64,000 nucleotides of DNA, taken from assembly GCA_046563655.1 (NCBI GenBank), contig CM102289.1:310001-374000 (forward strand), read 5' to 3'. Position numbers and translations under genes: made by a program. Numbering within the stretch: the stretch's first letter is position 1; the number at the start of each line of letters is the position of its first letter. Positions 1-12,690 of this stretch are shown one piece after another. A model generated the notes under the pieces. It did not search any database. It saw only the letters and a program-made list of their open reading frames with translations, and had not been told where the DNA came from. The stretch comes from Yuukianura sp. NJ FZ-2021. Lineage: Eukaryota.

Positions 1-277
1 CCACGCACCCCTTCTTACAATTCTGAGCACACTACAGTGGCAAACAAAAAATATATGTTAGTCCCAAAAAACTAAAACCATATAAGTACAACGTCGTCCA
101 AAACTATAAACTATATATACTAACTATATCTATATATAATATATATAAACTAACTAGATATGTCTATATAAACTATAAACTAAATATATAGACTAACTAT
201 AAGCCAAATTAGTATAGTGAACATTTTCTCTGAACAATAGTCCTTAAGATATGCAAACATTTTAATCTTCGAACTTG

Positions 278-1938
278 TTAACTTTTTTTTGATAGGCTGT
301 TTTCACATCCCTGCTTAGAATGAGAATCCCCGAGTTTGTGGAGTTGCATATAAAATGTCTAAAAATATGCAGCCGGACTGAAGGGAAATTCTTTGGTATG
401 TCTGCTACCATGGATCAATTTTAGACCCGTTTGTAAAAATCCTTCCCATAAAAATGAATGGATACGAGGACTAACTTACGTAGCTTTTGGAAAATTATGA
501 GTTTCAAACTAATGTTTAAACGCTTCATCGTTTTTATGTACAACATGTTAACTGCTCAAATTTTTTTCGACGCACTGTACATTTTAAATATTCCAGTATA
601 CTCAGGATAAAAAATGTTTACTATTTTTTCAAATATTTTGTATGGTTTCAATATTTACCTAAATATTTCCGAAGACTTTTCCCGAAATTTTGTATTTAGA
701 ACCTGCGAAACATGAAAGAAATAAAGAAATATTGACGCGTTTTCCAGTTTGAAATAGACGAAAATTGCATCAATGCCCGCCTTGAAAGTGTAATATGTGA
801 ACCGTAGATGACAAGTTTCAAGTTTGCATTTATAGGAAATTTTGATCATTTTGATGTTAAGGAAGCGATAATCTCAACCCTTGAGCACAAGCCTACCTAG
901 TTTTTCTTTTAACAGCGACACAGCCGGGCTGCTGCTGTGTCAATAGTAATCCATATTGAGAATCATGTTGGAATCGTTTTTACGTATTCCTTTGTCTAAT
1001 TTACGCCGTAACCTTTGAGTTCCAAAGCTACGTTGGAGTTACTAGGTGAAGATTTGCATAGCTTGCTAGCAACACTTTCAATCATCACTTTTGGATTTGT
1101 ACATGTGTCCCAAGGTTTGTGGATGTGTGTCCAACTCACCGTCCTGCAATAGCAACATCCTGTTTTAAAGTTGGTAGCATTCTTTTTGAAGGCATTAAAA
1201 ATGGTTTCAATGTGGCTGTCGCCTGAATGCCCCTTGTTGCAAAACGGGTTGGAGTCTGTGCATCCAAAACCATATGCATCACCTCTGTCTTCCTCAATTT
1301 TCTTATCACATTCAGATTGGCCGTCGCACTGTATAATAAAACATTTTATTTAGTTCCAACATACACATGCGATAATTTTTTTCATTTTTAATTTCTTCAG
1401 CCGAAGCTAAAAATATATGTCAAACTAAAAACTGAGCCCTTTCAGCGGAAACAACTTGTTCATGTTCATTTTTGAAACCATGAGGGGATTTCAGAGCTAA
1501 TTTCTCAAATATTCAAAACCGAGACGGTTCAAGTTTTTTGTGAGAATTAAATACAAAAAGAGTTTGCAAATATCCCTTTACGTAATTTTAAAGCGGTTGT
1601 CACGGGAATTATTTTGGGGTGTTGCGGTTTTAATGAGACACGTTGTAAGTTCGTTTCTTACGGAATAACAAATTCCAGTGGGCTGATCTACTTCCTCGCC
1701 GTAGGTCACTGTGAGGATAGTGCTGCATATCAACGTAAGGCCTAGGCAACACTTCAAAACGCTCAAATACCTTAAAAAGTTTAAACATTTAAATAAACAT
1801 TTAAATAAGGTTAGGTTACGTTAGGATGAAATAAATCGCAGATAAAAAATCATTCTTCCAATAACAATTTCGATAATTCAATTTTTATCTTAAGTGTTAG
1901 TTTAAAAACACCCAGTCTTTGTACAGTTCGACTTACAT
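278..1938 (-). CDS. Secreted cysteine-rich protein of unknown function (multi-exon, start codon split by an intron)
   Basis: AT|gtaagt at 1938-1937 plus ag|G at 1770 gives MYLSVLKCCLGLTLICSTILTVTYG (signal-peptide-like). It continues ...GICYS|CDGQSEC...GCCYCRT...KLCK...|QQPGCVAVKRKTR|HFICNS... with phase-consistent splice sites. The 3' exons are less certain. Confidence 0.55.
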
Positions 1939-2047
1939 GATGATGGAGATTATCAGAGTGTAGATTTAAGAACTTCGAGAACTAAGATTTCAGCTTCGAA
2001 AACTCATAAGAATTGGTGGTTATATATCAACTCTAAATTTGAAAGTT

Positions 2048-2698
2048 ACCTATTTTCTCGCCTATAAGACGCTCTCGCGTATAAGACGCACCCGCAATTT
2101 TCGAAAAATCCTGAATAAACCTAATGTTAAGTTTAAAGTTAAAAATTTTTTTAATAGGTTTCCGAAATAGGTAGTGAATAATTTAGCTTCTACAAAAACT
2201 TTTAAGTTATAGACAAAGAATGCGGGAAAGCAAAGTCGCTCAAAAAGCATTCACAGAACTACAAAACGAATCCCGTATGGAAGATTTTCTTACCTTCAGT
2301 CGAAATTCTGATCCATGAAATGTATTTGGTTCGGTTCACATTTGCGTTAGGTTCAAACAAATGTATGAAATTCGCTGCATATAGAATTTTGTTTTCCACT
2401 CCATTTAAAGGCATTCGAACAAATTGGATACGTATGTTGCTCCAACAAAATTTTTAGAATTTTCACAAGATGTCATTATGCCCGTAAATACGAGCCAATT
2501 TGAATTGCCTGAACCAGAACCATGCCAAAATAAATGCTTGATTTGATTAATTAAAAACCATTCAAGTAGAGTTTAGCATATTTGCCGACAAATCCTGCAA
2601 ATTTTTAATAAAAATCGTCAGTTTTTCAGCGAAAATATTTTTTTCCTTCCAAATTTTTGCACACAGATAAGACGCGTCTTATAAGCGAGAAAATAGTT
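2048..2698. mobile_element. MITE with pogo/Tigger-like termini, copy 1
   Basis: TIRs tattttctcgcctataagacgc ... gcgtcttataagcgagaaaata; a related copy lies at 21807-22029. Confidence 0.7.
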
Positions 2699-3135
2699 CC
2701 TATATAGATGACACGATTTTGAAACCTAACAAGTGGTGACATTTTGAGATCGAACTAATTTCAATTCCAAAACACGCTTTAACCTATTAAAAGTGTAAAT
2801 CCTTTACTATTAGGAAGCTGATTTTTGTTAGGCTGGAGAACAAGCTAACCGTTGAACCATTTCTCTTTTGAAAAAATATTCTTAAAAACGCCGTATTCGA
2901 GAAGCTATAACTTGGAATTTTTTGAAAATATTTTATGGAAAAATGTTACACTTCACATGAAGTGTTTTGCCCAATTTTTGGAATTTTTGGAATAACTTGA
3001 ACGACCTTCCGTTTCGTGCACAGGGTCCTTTGTTAGTATAATACTTACTATAATTTTACAAAAATTACTAATTGTTGTTTTTACTTCTTTCGCAAAAGCT
3101 TAAGTTACAAAAGCCTGTTAGTTTTGCTTTGTCTG

Positions 3136-4596
3136 TTAAAACTTGCATGTTGTAAATCCTTTGCATCCCAGTACAGTGTCCCACAGTTCCAGTTGATGTG
3201 ACTGCAGAGCAGACTTGAGAGACTGAATAGTTTCATCACTCGTTCCGTCTGGAATGAAAATGAAAGCACAACCTCCTCCTCCTGCTCCAGTCAGTTTGGC
3301 ACTGAAGCCATGACTACTGGCCAACTTTGTGATGAGGTCAAGTGACGGATGGGACACTCCAAGAGTACGCAAAAGCTCTTGATTGCGCCGAATTAGAGCT
3401 GCCTGGACTCCACGTCCTTCCTCGATTGCCTCCACACACTGGCCCACGATCACGTCAATTTCGTCCATCGCTTCTTCAAAAAGTTTTGGATTGGATTCCT
3501 TCAACGCAGCAACCTAACCCAGGAGTAGATCAAAAATAGTTACTCCCTCCAAATGTGAAAACTTTTGAAACGAACTAGAAACGCTTGGGAGACTCAACTT
3601 ACTTTGGCTACAAGCGTCTTGGTTGACCTTGGCACTTTGGTGTTGACCAGCAGGACGTGGATGTCCGGACAGTCAACGATGTCTAAAAAGCAAAACCAAA
3701 TGTAATCAAACGTTTTTAAGTTAATTAGTTGATTAATGAACTATAATTATTTTGCGATTCCTTACGTTGGATAGGTTCTCCTTTTTTGAAGACGATTCCT
3801 CCTCCAAACGAAGCGACACTGTTGTCCACTCCACTTGGACTTCCATGCACAAACTTCTCACTCACAAACGCCCATCGATTAATCTAAACCAAATAAAAGA
3901 ACCTAAAGTTAAATTTGAACTTTCAAACGTCACAGAAACGTTTTCCGGAAGGAAATTGCTGATTTTGAAACCACAAAAGTTCTAACCGTGTCGACATTGT
4001 GTCCTTTCAACTTCTCCCGCTTGGCTGCCAGCAGCAGACCACCGGCAAGAGCCACTGCAAAGGAGGCGGAGCTTCCTAGCCCCGCCCCCACCGGCAGCTC
4101 AGTTTCAATTGAGCAGGAAAGAGGAATCAGCTGATCGAATATCCCCAGATACAGGAACAGGAACGACTGGAATCCGGCAGTTTGACCTGGTTTTAGCGCT
4201 TCGTCACATGACCCCAAGTCAGTCCTATTTTTAGTGAAGTCTCCAAGTATTTGTTTCACTTCATCACTAACCGGAATCTCCGGAGACTCGTTGAGGACGT
4301 TGAATCTGCAAGTATCCAGCACATTTAGTACTTTTAGGATTTAGAAACGTTGGATAAACGTTGTGTATTTACCTAAAATCAAGTCCTAGTTTTCCTCTCA
4401 GCTGTTCCAGCTCCTTGAGGTCCAGGGTCATGTCCAGACACACTTCCGGGAACTTCATTTTCAGCGTCTGAGATGGACTGATCGTGACAATTGTGTTCAA
4501 ACCAACACTGACAGCAATGGCTCGCTTTCCGTAAACAACTGCATGCTCTCCGTGCAGAATCACTTTCCCAGGGGCCATGACCTTGAGTGTCTCCAT
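3136..4596 (-). CDS. MVK: Mevalonate kinase (GHMP kinase), multi-exon
   Basis: Motifs [28 protein letters not shown] and KLTGAGGGG across exons with GT-AG introns; upstream untranslated exon at about 4707-4900. Confidence 0.95.
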
Positions 4597-6096
4597 TTTT
4601 ATATTGTCTTGACCTCGCTGAAAAAAGTTAAAAGAAAAGTTAGAATAATTTGCTACCCAATTGGCTACACAAAAAACAAAGAGCTAATCAGAAAATGCCC
4701 AACTTACCAAGTTTTACGTGTGTCAGATGGTGATGCTGGCAATACTGGTAATGCTGCTAGAAGGAAGTGTTGATGCTGACGAAGACACGATCATTCTGTG
4801 CCTCTTGGAATTGCGGAGAGTTCTGGAGGTGTTGATGACCTTGAGGAATTTCCCTGAGAACTTCTTCTTTTTTTACGAGAAGACACACTTCCTTTCCATT
4901 TGAAAATTTATGCAATTCACACTTCTTTAAGGATTTCCACCACAAATGTTCATTTGGATGAAAAACTTCCGCACCCCGATTATATTCAGGGTGCGCCAAA
5001 TTTTACGAATTTTTGTCTAAATTCTTGAAACATGAACAGTTAACTAAAATTTTATTATTTAACTAAAATCTATTATGTTACCATTCGTAACAAATTTTTT
5101 AGTTAATTTAACTTATGATTAAATTGCTTTATCAACGCGATTATAATTGACTGCTAGGAATTTATCTCTTAATATCAATTAAAGTATTGTGTACCGGAAT
5201 GTTTTTGAAACTGAAGGTGGCGTATCAACTGTGTATCAAATTGTATGTATAAAATTGTGTTTAAAATGTGTATAAACTGTTCCTTGCTGTAGAATCTTCA
5301 CACGACAATATATCTATATTGCTTTTGTTTTTTTGCAGTGCTAGATTTGGTCGTTTATCATTTATCATAATTCATAAATTATGATGTTTATCATCTATCA
5401 CTTCTAGAGGCACGTCAGTTTGTCCGGACTTTTTGAAGATTTCTACAAATCCACGTCACAACTTTCCGATTCCGCCAAGTATTCACAAATTGAAAGGAGT
5501 GCCGCACCCTTTGTGCGTATTTGTGAATTTGACATTGGCGTTGGGAGAAAAAAGAGTGCTATCAACTTTTTCTTTGAGAAAGTGGTTAATATTACGTCAA
5601 ATAGTGGGAAATTACTAAACACATCTCAATTTAACTTTTAACTATCTAGCACATCACTCAGAAAAATAAAACCTTTTAGGAATCGAGAGCATCCGCACAA
5701 TCTAAACTTCATTTTAACTTTAATCCAAATTCTCAACCTTCATTTGCGTTGGTTTTGGCAATCTCTCAAATTCCTTTCAAAATTTGTCATTTCAGTTTCA
5801 AAAATTTTGTTTTGTTTTAGTTTCATGATTTGTAGATGAGTATCAGAGTAATCGATTTTTGAAATCGATTTTGGATCTTCGATTATGAAAAGTTTGCGTG
5901 ATGTTCTAAAATATTTAAGGTGTTCTTTCCTATGTGGAACGAAAAACACAACATGTGAAGCATTTGATGGTAAATTTAGGAGAAGTAGGACTACCAAGTA
6001 CTTGTTATCGAACATAATCAATTCCAGCGGCAAAGCAGAAATTTTGAACTTTTGACCTTTACCCTTTTTCAAAAAAATTTCAAAAAGTATTTCAAA

Positions 6097-6595
6097 ATGG
6101 GTGCACGGTTAGTCACTGACAAAATTACGAGTGAAGATGACGGCTATTTGAAAGTAGCGGAAGATTCGGCCGAGTTCAAATTTTGTGAAACTTTTCTCAC
6201 TCTTGTTTCTCCTGAGAAGCTAAACTACCAAAAAGAATTCAAACGGCGGCAAGTATAGAAATTTTGAAACTTTTTCTCAAAATTTGAACATTTTGGGTTG
6301 AAATTTGTTAATTTTTAGATTTAAAAATTCTGGAGATGGGAGAATTAGTTGGGAGTTTTGGACAGGACAGAAGAGTTACAAATCGGCATACGTCAAAGCG
6401 CTCAAGGAAATTGAAAATATTGACGCCATGGATACGCCGGAATTGTATTTCTACGCACGTCAAATTTGTGAAGAGAGATTTGAGAAATTGAAGGAACATG
6501 GAGGTGGGTCCTATGCTCATCAAAAAGCTTGTGAAATGTGGCTGGAAATTAGAAACAGACTCAAGAAAAAACAAGGTGGAGCGAACACTTTTTAA
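6097..6595 (+). CDS. Small two-exon protein of unknown function (about 140 aa)
   Basis: ATG 6097 (MGARLVTDK...). A GC-AG intron 6249-6318 joins the two ORFs in frame (..KRRFKNSGDG..); stop at 6595. Confidence 0.55.
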
Positions 6596-7213
6596 ATTTT
6601 GTGATTTATAAAAATTTTAACAGTCTGTGCCGGTTTTTTCAGTGCTTGAGAGATCCCTGGGCAAGAAGATTTGGATTTTGACTGTGGCGGGAGTCGTTGT
6701 GGGCTCAATTCTGTGGAATCTCTTCTGGGAAATTCGTGCGAGAGAAGAAAAACGAAACTTCGGACGTTCACTTTGAGCCAACTACGGAATTTCCCAAAGT
6801 TGTCTGAATTTCCCAAATATTTCCCGGAATTTCCTGATATTTCCCGGAATTTCCCGATATTTCCCCAAAATTTCCCAGATTTTTCCCGCCACTTACTTTT
6901 GGAACACCCGGTACAAGCAATTCTTGTATTATTTAAGGAGATTCAATCAAAAATTTCACCGAAAATCAACAACTTGGATTAATTTGGTAACAAAATTTTC
7001 TTTTACATGCACAAAAAAAGTTGAACAGACTTACAACTTTTAGTAATATTTCATTAGTTAGAGTTTTAAGTTTTACCAAATACATATAGTAGTACTTTTT
7101 TGTGTTATCATTGCCCAACACTGCACTACTGTTAGCTATCATTAATTTCCAAAACCTAATCTAAAATTAGATTAGTCACTTAACAAAGCCTAGCCTAAAA
7201 TTTGATTAAATAC

Positions 7214-7553
7214 TTAAAACTTGATCGTAATGACATAGTCGTTGTTGTACATTTTCTGTGCATTCACTTCCTTGATCGTTGAAGTTCCAGCTAAAGTAGA
7301 AACGCGGAAAGCTTCAAATTTCTTTTCCATGACAATCCAAGTGTGGCGATTGTTGCCTAGGAGACGCATCACATGACCTTTGACCCCAGCGGAAGAAGTT
7401 CGATGGTTGACCTCTGCATCTGACCTCAAACCGTACAAGCGAATAGTGACGCTGTTCTTTTCCGGGGTCACCAGAATCCTCTCTTTCACTCCGCGAATGT
7501 ACAACTTAATGTTCTGAGTGTCAGATACCTCAAAGTGCAGCTTAGTTTCACCA
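7214..7553 (-). CDS. Orphan coding exon of about 110 aa, spliceable in frame to the SLC6 C-terminus
   Basis: Strong acceptor (T-tract, gcttag at 7554), open frame GETKLHFEV...ITIKF*, phase matches donor CA|gtaagt at 7666. Confidence 0.5.
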
Positions 7554-7662
7554 CTAAGCAAAAAAAAAAAACAGATTTCAGCCAATTTTGTCAACAACAA
7601 AACCATCAACATCAATTTGTTCAACAAATTTAAGCTCTACATTCATGAAAGTCTATGTTCAC

Positions 7663-10631
7663 TTACTGTTTCTTGAACATCTCCCACCCTTTTCTGAAGT
7701 GGGGTGCTCGTGGTCCCCAGGTTTTGGATGGAGCAAAGCTGTTTTTGATTTTCTGAAAAACAAATGTTCAAAAATAAAGTTTCAAAAGCGGTAAATTTTC
7801 AAAAATTTGGATAAATTTTGAAAAATTGAACAATTACCCGCCCGAAGGTGGCGCCACTTGTTTTGGAGGCGGTATACAGCCCAACTCCTGGTAAAATACA
7901 CAGAGCGAAACCCAGAATTCCCCAGCCGATGTCTGTAAAGGAAATGACGTTATGTACACAAAAGTTTTTATACACAAAAAAGTTGTGGGTAAAATTGAGT
8001 TGTGGTAAATGTTGCTTACAGTGCATGTATTCTGGGAATTCGTATCCAGCATGAGTGAGTACTTTAGCAGTTGCATATGCGTAGACCAGTACTGCTCCCA
8101 GACCCACCGGAATAACACCTCCCCAGCACAGAATCCAGTACCACCCGACCTTAATGCCCAGCATGAACTCAATATCACGAATAAACTTGTACACTCCGTA
8201 AGACCATGCAATCGCCACAGCTTCCATCATACACACAAAGTACAAGAGGTTCGTCACTCCGTAGTAATCCATAAAGGTCACCATGAATTGACCTCCCTAA
8301 AACAACAAAGAGTCAATGCATTTTCTTGATTTAGTGCTAAAATTGTCATATTCAAGGTCACGCAGCTTGAGAGAGCCTAGAAAAAAATAAAGAACCGAGT
8401 GGGATTCGAACCCACATCTATCTTCAATCCGAGAAGAGCTCTATCCTCTGAGCTATAATGCTCAATCGTTGATTTGGTTTAATTGGATTACCGGAGTGCA
8501 GTAAATGAGTCCAGAGAGGAATCCGATGATACAGCAGACGAGAGTGATGAGCCACTTCTTGATGTGGGGGAACTGATCAGAGAGGATTGTGATTGGAGTT
8601 CCAGCGAGTGCATTAGCAGATCCAATGCCAAGAGTGAAGAGCATGAGGAAGAAGAGGACTGAGAAGACCTGTGCAGAGTAGCCTGGAAACAGTGCAATTG
8701 CACTTGGGTAGGACACGAAGATGAGTCCAGGCCCTTCAGCAGCTACGTCAGGCACTTCCACGCCTCTCGCCCAAGCCAAGTGACCCAACACAGAGAAAAT
8801 AGTCATTCCAGCCAACAAACTCGTGAAAGTGTCCATTAGGGAAATGATCAACGCATCTCTGTCAACGAACGAAACAAATATACATATGTAATATTTAATA
8901 TACCTGACTAATATTTAATACATATTGTTTATATTTTACTAAACAAATGTTATTACCTGTATGCAGTGTGTCTGAATGGGTTGTATGAGGCAAACATTGT
9001 GATTGGTCCAGTTCCAGTTCCCAAGCTAAAGAAACATTGACCTACAGCGGCATACCATACCTAAAATTAAGCACAAAAATATGTCACACATCCTGGGTTT
9101 AACAATGTAAGTTGTGTGATATATTGCAGCTAAGAAGTGTACATTTTAGTTGTATAGTTAAGTTTTAAGATGTTACCGTTGGGTCCAAAACTTTTTCCCA
9201 TTGAGGTGTGATGAAGAAAAGAATGCCTACGTCTGAACCGGGTAGTGTAACCCCCCGAATGAGGAAAATGAATAGGACAACATAGGGGAAAAGTGCGGTA
9301 AAGTAGGCAACTTTCCCTGAACTTTGAACTCCTTTGACGAGGGAGAAGAAAATGAAGATCCATGCACCGGCCAAACACAACGTCAATTCCCACAGAGGCA
9401 GTCCAATACCGTTGTCAATGCTCCAAATCTGCTCAGTTACTGTTTTTCTGTAACGTAAACATTTAAATATTATAGCTGTAACAAATCACTTGTACTTATT
9501 AATTGTATATATATTATATATTATATTTTATTTATTATACTTACTCAAAGTAATACTGAGGACATAACCCATCGGCACAGTCGCAAGTGGCATTGCCCCA
9601 GGCGGGGTCACACACTGTCCAAGGTAACACGGCTTGGAAGGATACTGCGAAGTAGTAAATTGTTGTGGCAATAATTGAGCAGTAGTAGGATAGAGTGATA
9701 AATCCCGCCAATACTCCAATATACCCCAAACCTAAAGATATCAAAAAATGAAAATTTCAAAAAATTGACATCCGTTTTTTGAAAACCTGAAAATTGAGAT
9801 GATGAAAAGTACCTTTGAATGCAGGCGTGCAGGCCCAAGCCTTGACAGATCCAAAACTAGAAAACTGTCCGAGTGCCATTTCTAGGAAGTAGATTGGTCT
9901 TCCAATGAAAATGAGGACTATAATGTAGGGAATCAAAAAGGCGCCTCCTCCATTTGCATAAGCAGTGTACGGGAATCTCCAAATGTTTCCTAGACCAACA
10001 CTCATGGAGATGCATGAGAAGAGGAATTCAATGGGGCTGTCCCAGCTCTGGCGGTCAATGGCCTCGCCTGCATCGGAATTGATGGAACTCCGCTTGCTTG
10101 TTAGCGAATTCCGACCATTTCGCTCAGATGTCGGCAAATATTCAGGTTCACGCTCAAATCCTTTGTTCTCCACTCCACCAAGTTCCTACAAGACAAAACA
10201 AAATTTAAACTTTGAGGAAATTTTTAGGTTTTCTAAAACAAACTTTCAACAAGCAGTTCTAAAAATCTGCTAAATTCCTAACCTACACTTCAAAACCGCT
10301 TTGGTTATGAATATCCCTACTACATGCATAGTAATATATAGCATGTAAATATATTTTAAAAATACCCTAAGATTTAAAATCCGAAAATTCCGCTCAAGTT
10401 CAAATCGTGCTACCTTGTAAGGAAATACCGGTGGAGTAAAAGTGCTATAAAATTTGTGCTTGTAATCGACGTCATTTTGGAGCAATTTTTTTCTTTCCAT
10501 CCTTAAAAATTCCAGCCCTGTTATTCTTTGGTGCTAATTTTAGAAAGTGATTTAATTTTGTAATCAAATGGTAGTAGTTAAGTGCTTACCGCATCGTTGA
10601 ACGGAATTCGTTTGCGTTCCTTGGAGCTCAT
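7663..10631 (-). CDS. SLC6 sodium:neurotransmitter/nutrient amino-acid symporter
   Basis: [63 protein letters not shown] and terminal TWGP motifs. First exon [14 protein letters not shown] at 10631-10590 is in frame. Confidence 0.93.
8381..8461 (-). mobile_element. tRNA-derived SINE-like copy (intronic)
   Basis: Minus strand TAGCTCAGAGG (A box) ... GGTTCGAATCCC (B box) followed by a T-tract; cloverleaf stems imperfect. Confidence 0.6.
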
Positions 10632-12690
10632 GCTGATGCTGATGCTGCGATACTTGCAAATTGGGTCCTCCGCAGTGAAATGGGCGTGTAGTTGGTTAAT
10701 TGTAGAGAATTAAAAGGAACTGGATCAGTTTGATTAGACAACTCTGAGATTAGAGAAGCTCAATCACCAATTTCAGCACCAATTCACAATTTACACGGAA
10801 TTTTTAAAGTTTGAAACTGATTAGATCTCCGTAGCGTATCGCATTCTCTGTGCGTTGTTCAACATCAATCCAACAAAAATTTAGTAGCCAGGACCAAATT
10901 TTGGAAAATTTGAAAACCTGATGACTCCTGCACTAAAAAGTGTGATTAAATGTCAACCTTACGTCACCCTACACCTCCGAATTTAATTCCGAGATAAAGT
11001 TGTCTTTCCGTGTGCAAAACAAGAGTATTTTGTGAGTAGAAGTTACAGAAATTGTGTAACTCCTGGGAATAACCAACCCACATTTAAAAAACAAAGCTTT
11101 TTAACTGGCCGAAATGAACTTGAATGTGATGTAATCAACTTCATGTTGTGTCAAATTATTTTTGAGATAGCAATAGGAATGATGGATGACATTTTGAAAT
11201 TGAAAAAATCGCTGGTTCAAAAACATCTACAACGAAAATATTGTGATAAATTTCAATTTAACTCTTTGTTGACCATTTTGTTGATCTGTACGCCTACAAT
11301 TGTTTTTGCAAATGTTCTTATTCTTCTCAAATTTTTTGAAAAAGAGCACTGTATTATATTCTCAAAAACTTCAGAGAAATGGAAATTCGGAATTTAGATG
11401 AAAATTGGCTAAGAAGGCAATTAAATGTTTACAACTTTCAATTGAAGTTGCATCATCACTCAAAAATTTGAAAAACACATTTTCTAAATTGTGTTTTTAT
11501 CAAAATTTTATAGATAGTAATAAAGTATTTTTGAGATTACCGACTTGGTAACATATTGTGTAATATCTGCACATTAATTTTGTGCTCGTGATGTTAATTT
11601 TTCATCGAAATTTCATCACTACCGAAATCTCTCAAAGTCCATTTTTTCCAGTTACCAAATGAAAAAAGTCAACAACATCAATATAATTTCTATAAAAATA
11701 TTGTACTTTGATGTTCCAAAAAGTACTCAAATAAAAAAATGTCATAAAAAGTGAATCTAAAAAGTAACAAAAAACTTTCTTTGTAGAACAATGTGGTTCA
11801 TTGCTGCTTTCGCTCTCCCCCTCTCTGTCCATTGTTAGTTATGTCCATTGTTGGTGGCTATGAGCATAGTGTGTTTGAAAATATGACCATTCGGTATTCC
11901 ATTTTTAGCCGAATTGTTGCACTTCAACTCCACTTTTTTCATTTTCAGTTTCATCCTCACTGCAACACAAACTTCAACTTATCCCTACTTGGGAATAATT
12001 CAAAGTCAACGGAACTGTAGGGAGGAATTCAATTGTTCATGGGCTAAGCATATCAACATACACCAGCAATACAGATCACCATCTGCAGATCAACATCAGT
12101 CTCATCCCTCCACATTCACCAGTTTCTCATCTGTCCAAATTCAGCAGTTTTGGGGATTAGTCACTACGCACGACCAGACGACATTAGTCACTTTTCTTCT
12201 CTTCCTCATTTCGAAAAAAAACTCCTTACTTTTCTAATAAAAAATTTGTGTTTAAATTTATATCAAAAGCGGTGGTTTTTTGACATACCACTACTAAGCT
12301 ACAGTTGAATTTTCAGTGTTTCTCCTTAAGAAAACTGTGTTTCCAGTGTTTTTGTTTATGGAAACCGTGTTTTCAGTGTTTTTTTTTTACTGACAACCTT
12401 GTTTCCAGTGTTTTTTCTATTGAAAACTGTGTTTCTAGTGTTTTTGTGTAAGAAAACTGTGGTTCTAATGTTTTTCCTAAAAAAACACGGTGTTTTCAGT
12501 GTTATTCTAAAAGTAACTACTTCTTTGGAGAAAAAGAGTAGAGTTTCGTCAGTTTTGTTTGATCATCTTTTGTTGTTTGTTTCTGTTTCTGGAAAAGTTT
12601 TCGCTGTTCTTTTCCAAAAAGTTGTAAAGTCAGCAAGTTTAGTTTTTTTTTTGTGTCAATGACCTTTGACTGATAAAAATTCAAAGTGAC

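Noticed and set aside
6671..6982. 103-aa ORF with FPE/FP repeats
   Set aside because: It derives from a ttcccggaat-type short tandem repeat next to a probable mariner-like TIR fragment; no coding signal.
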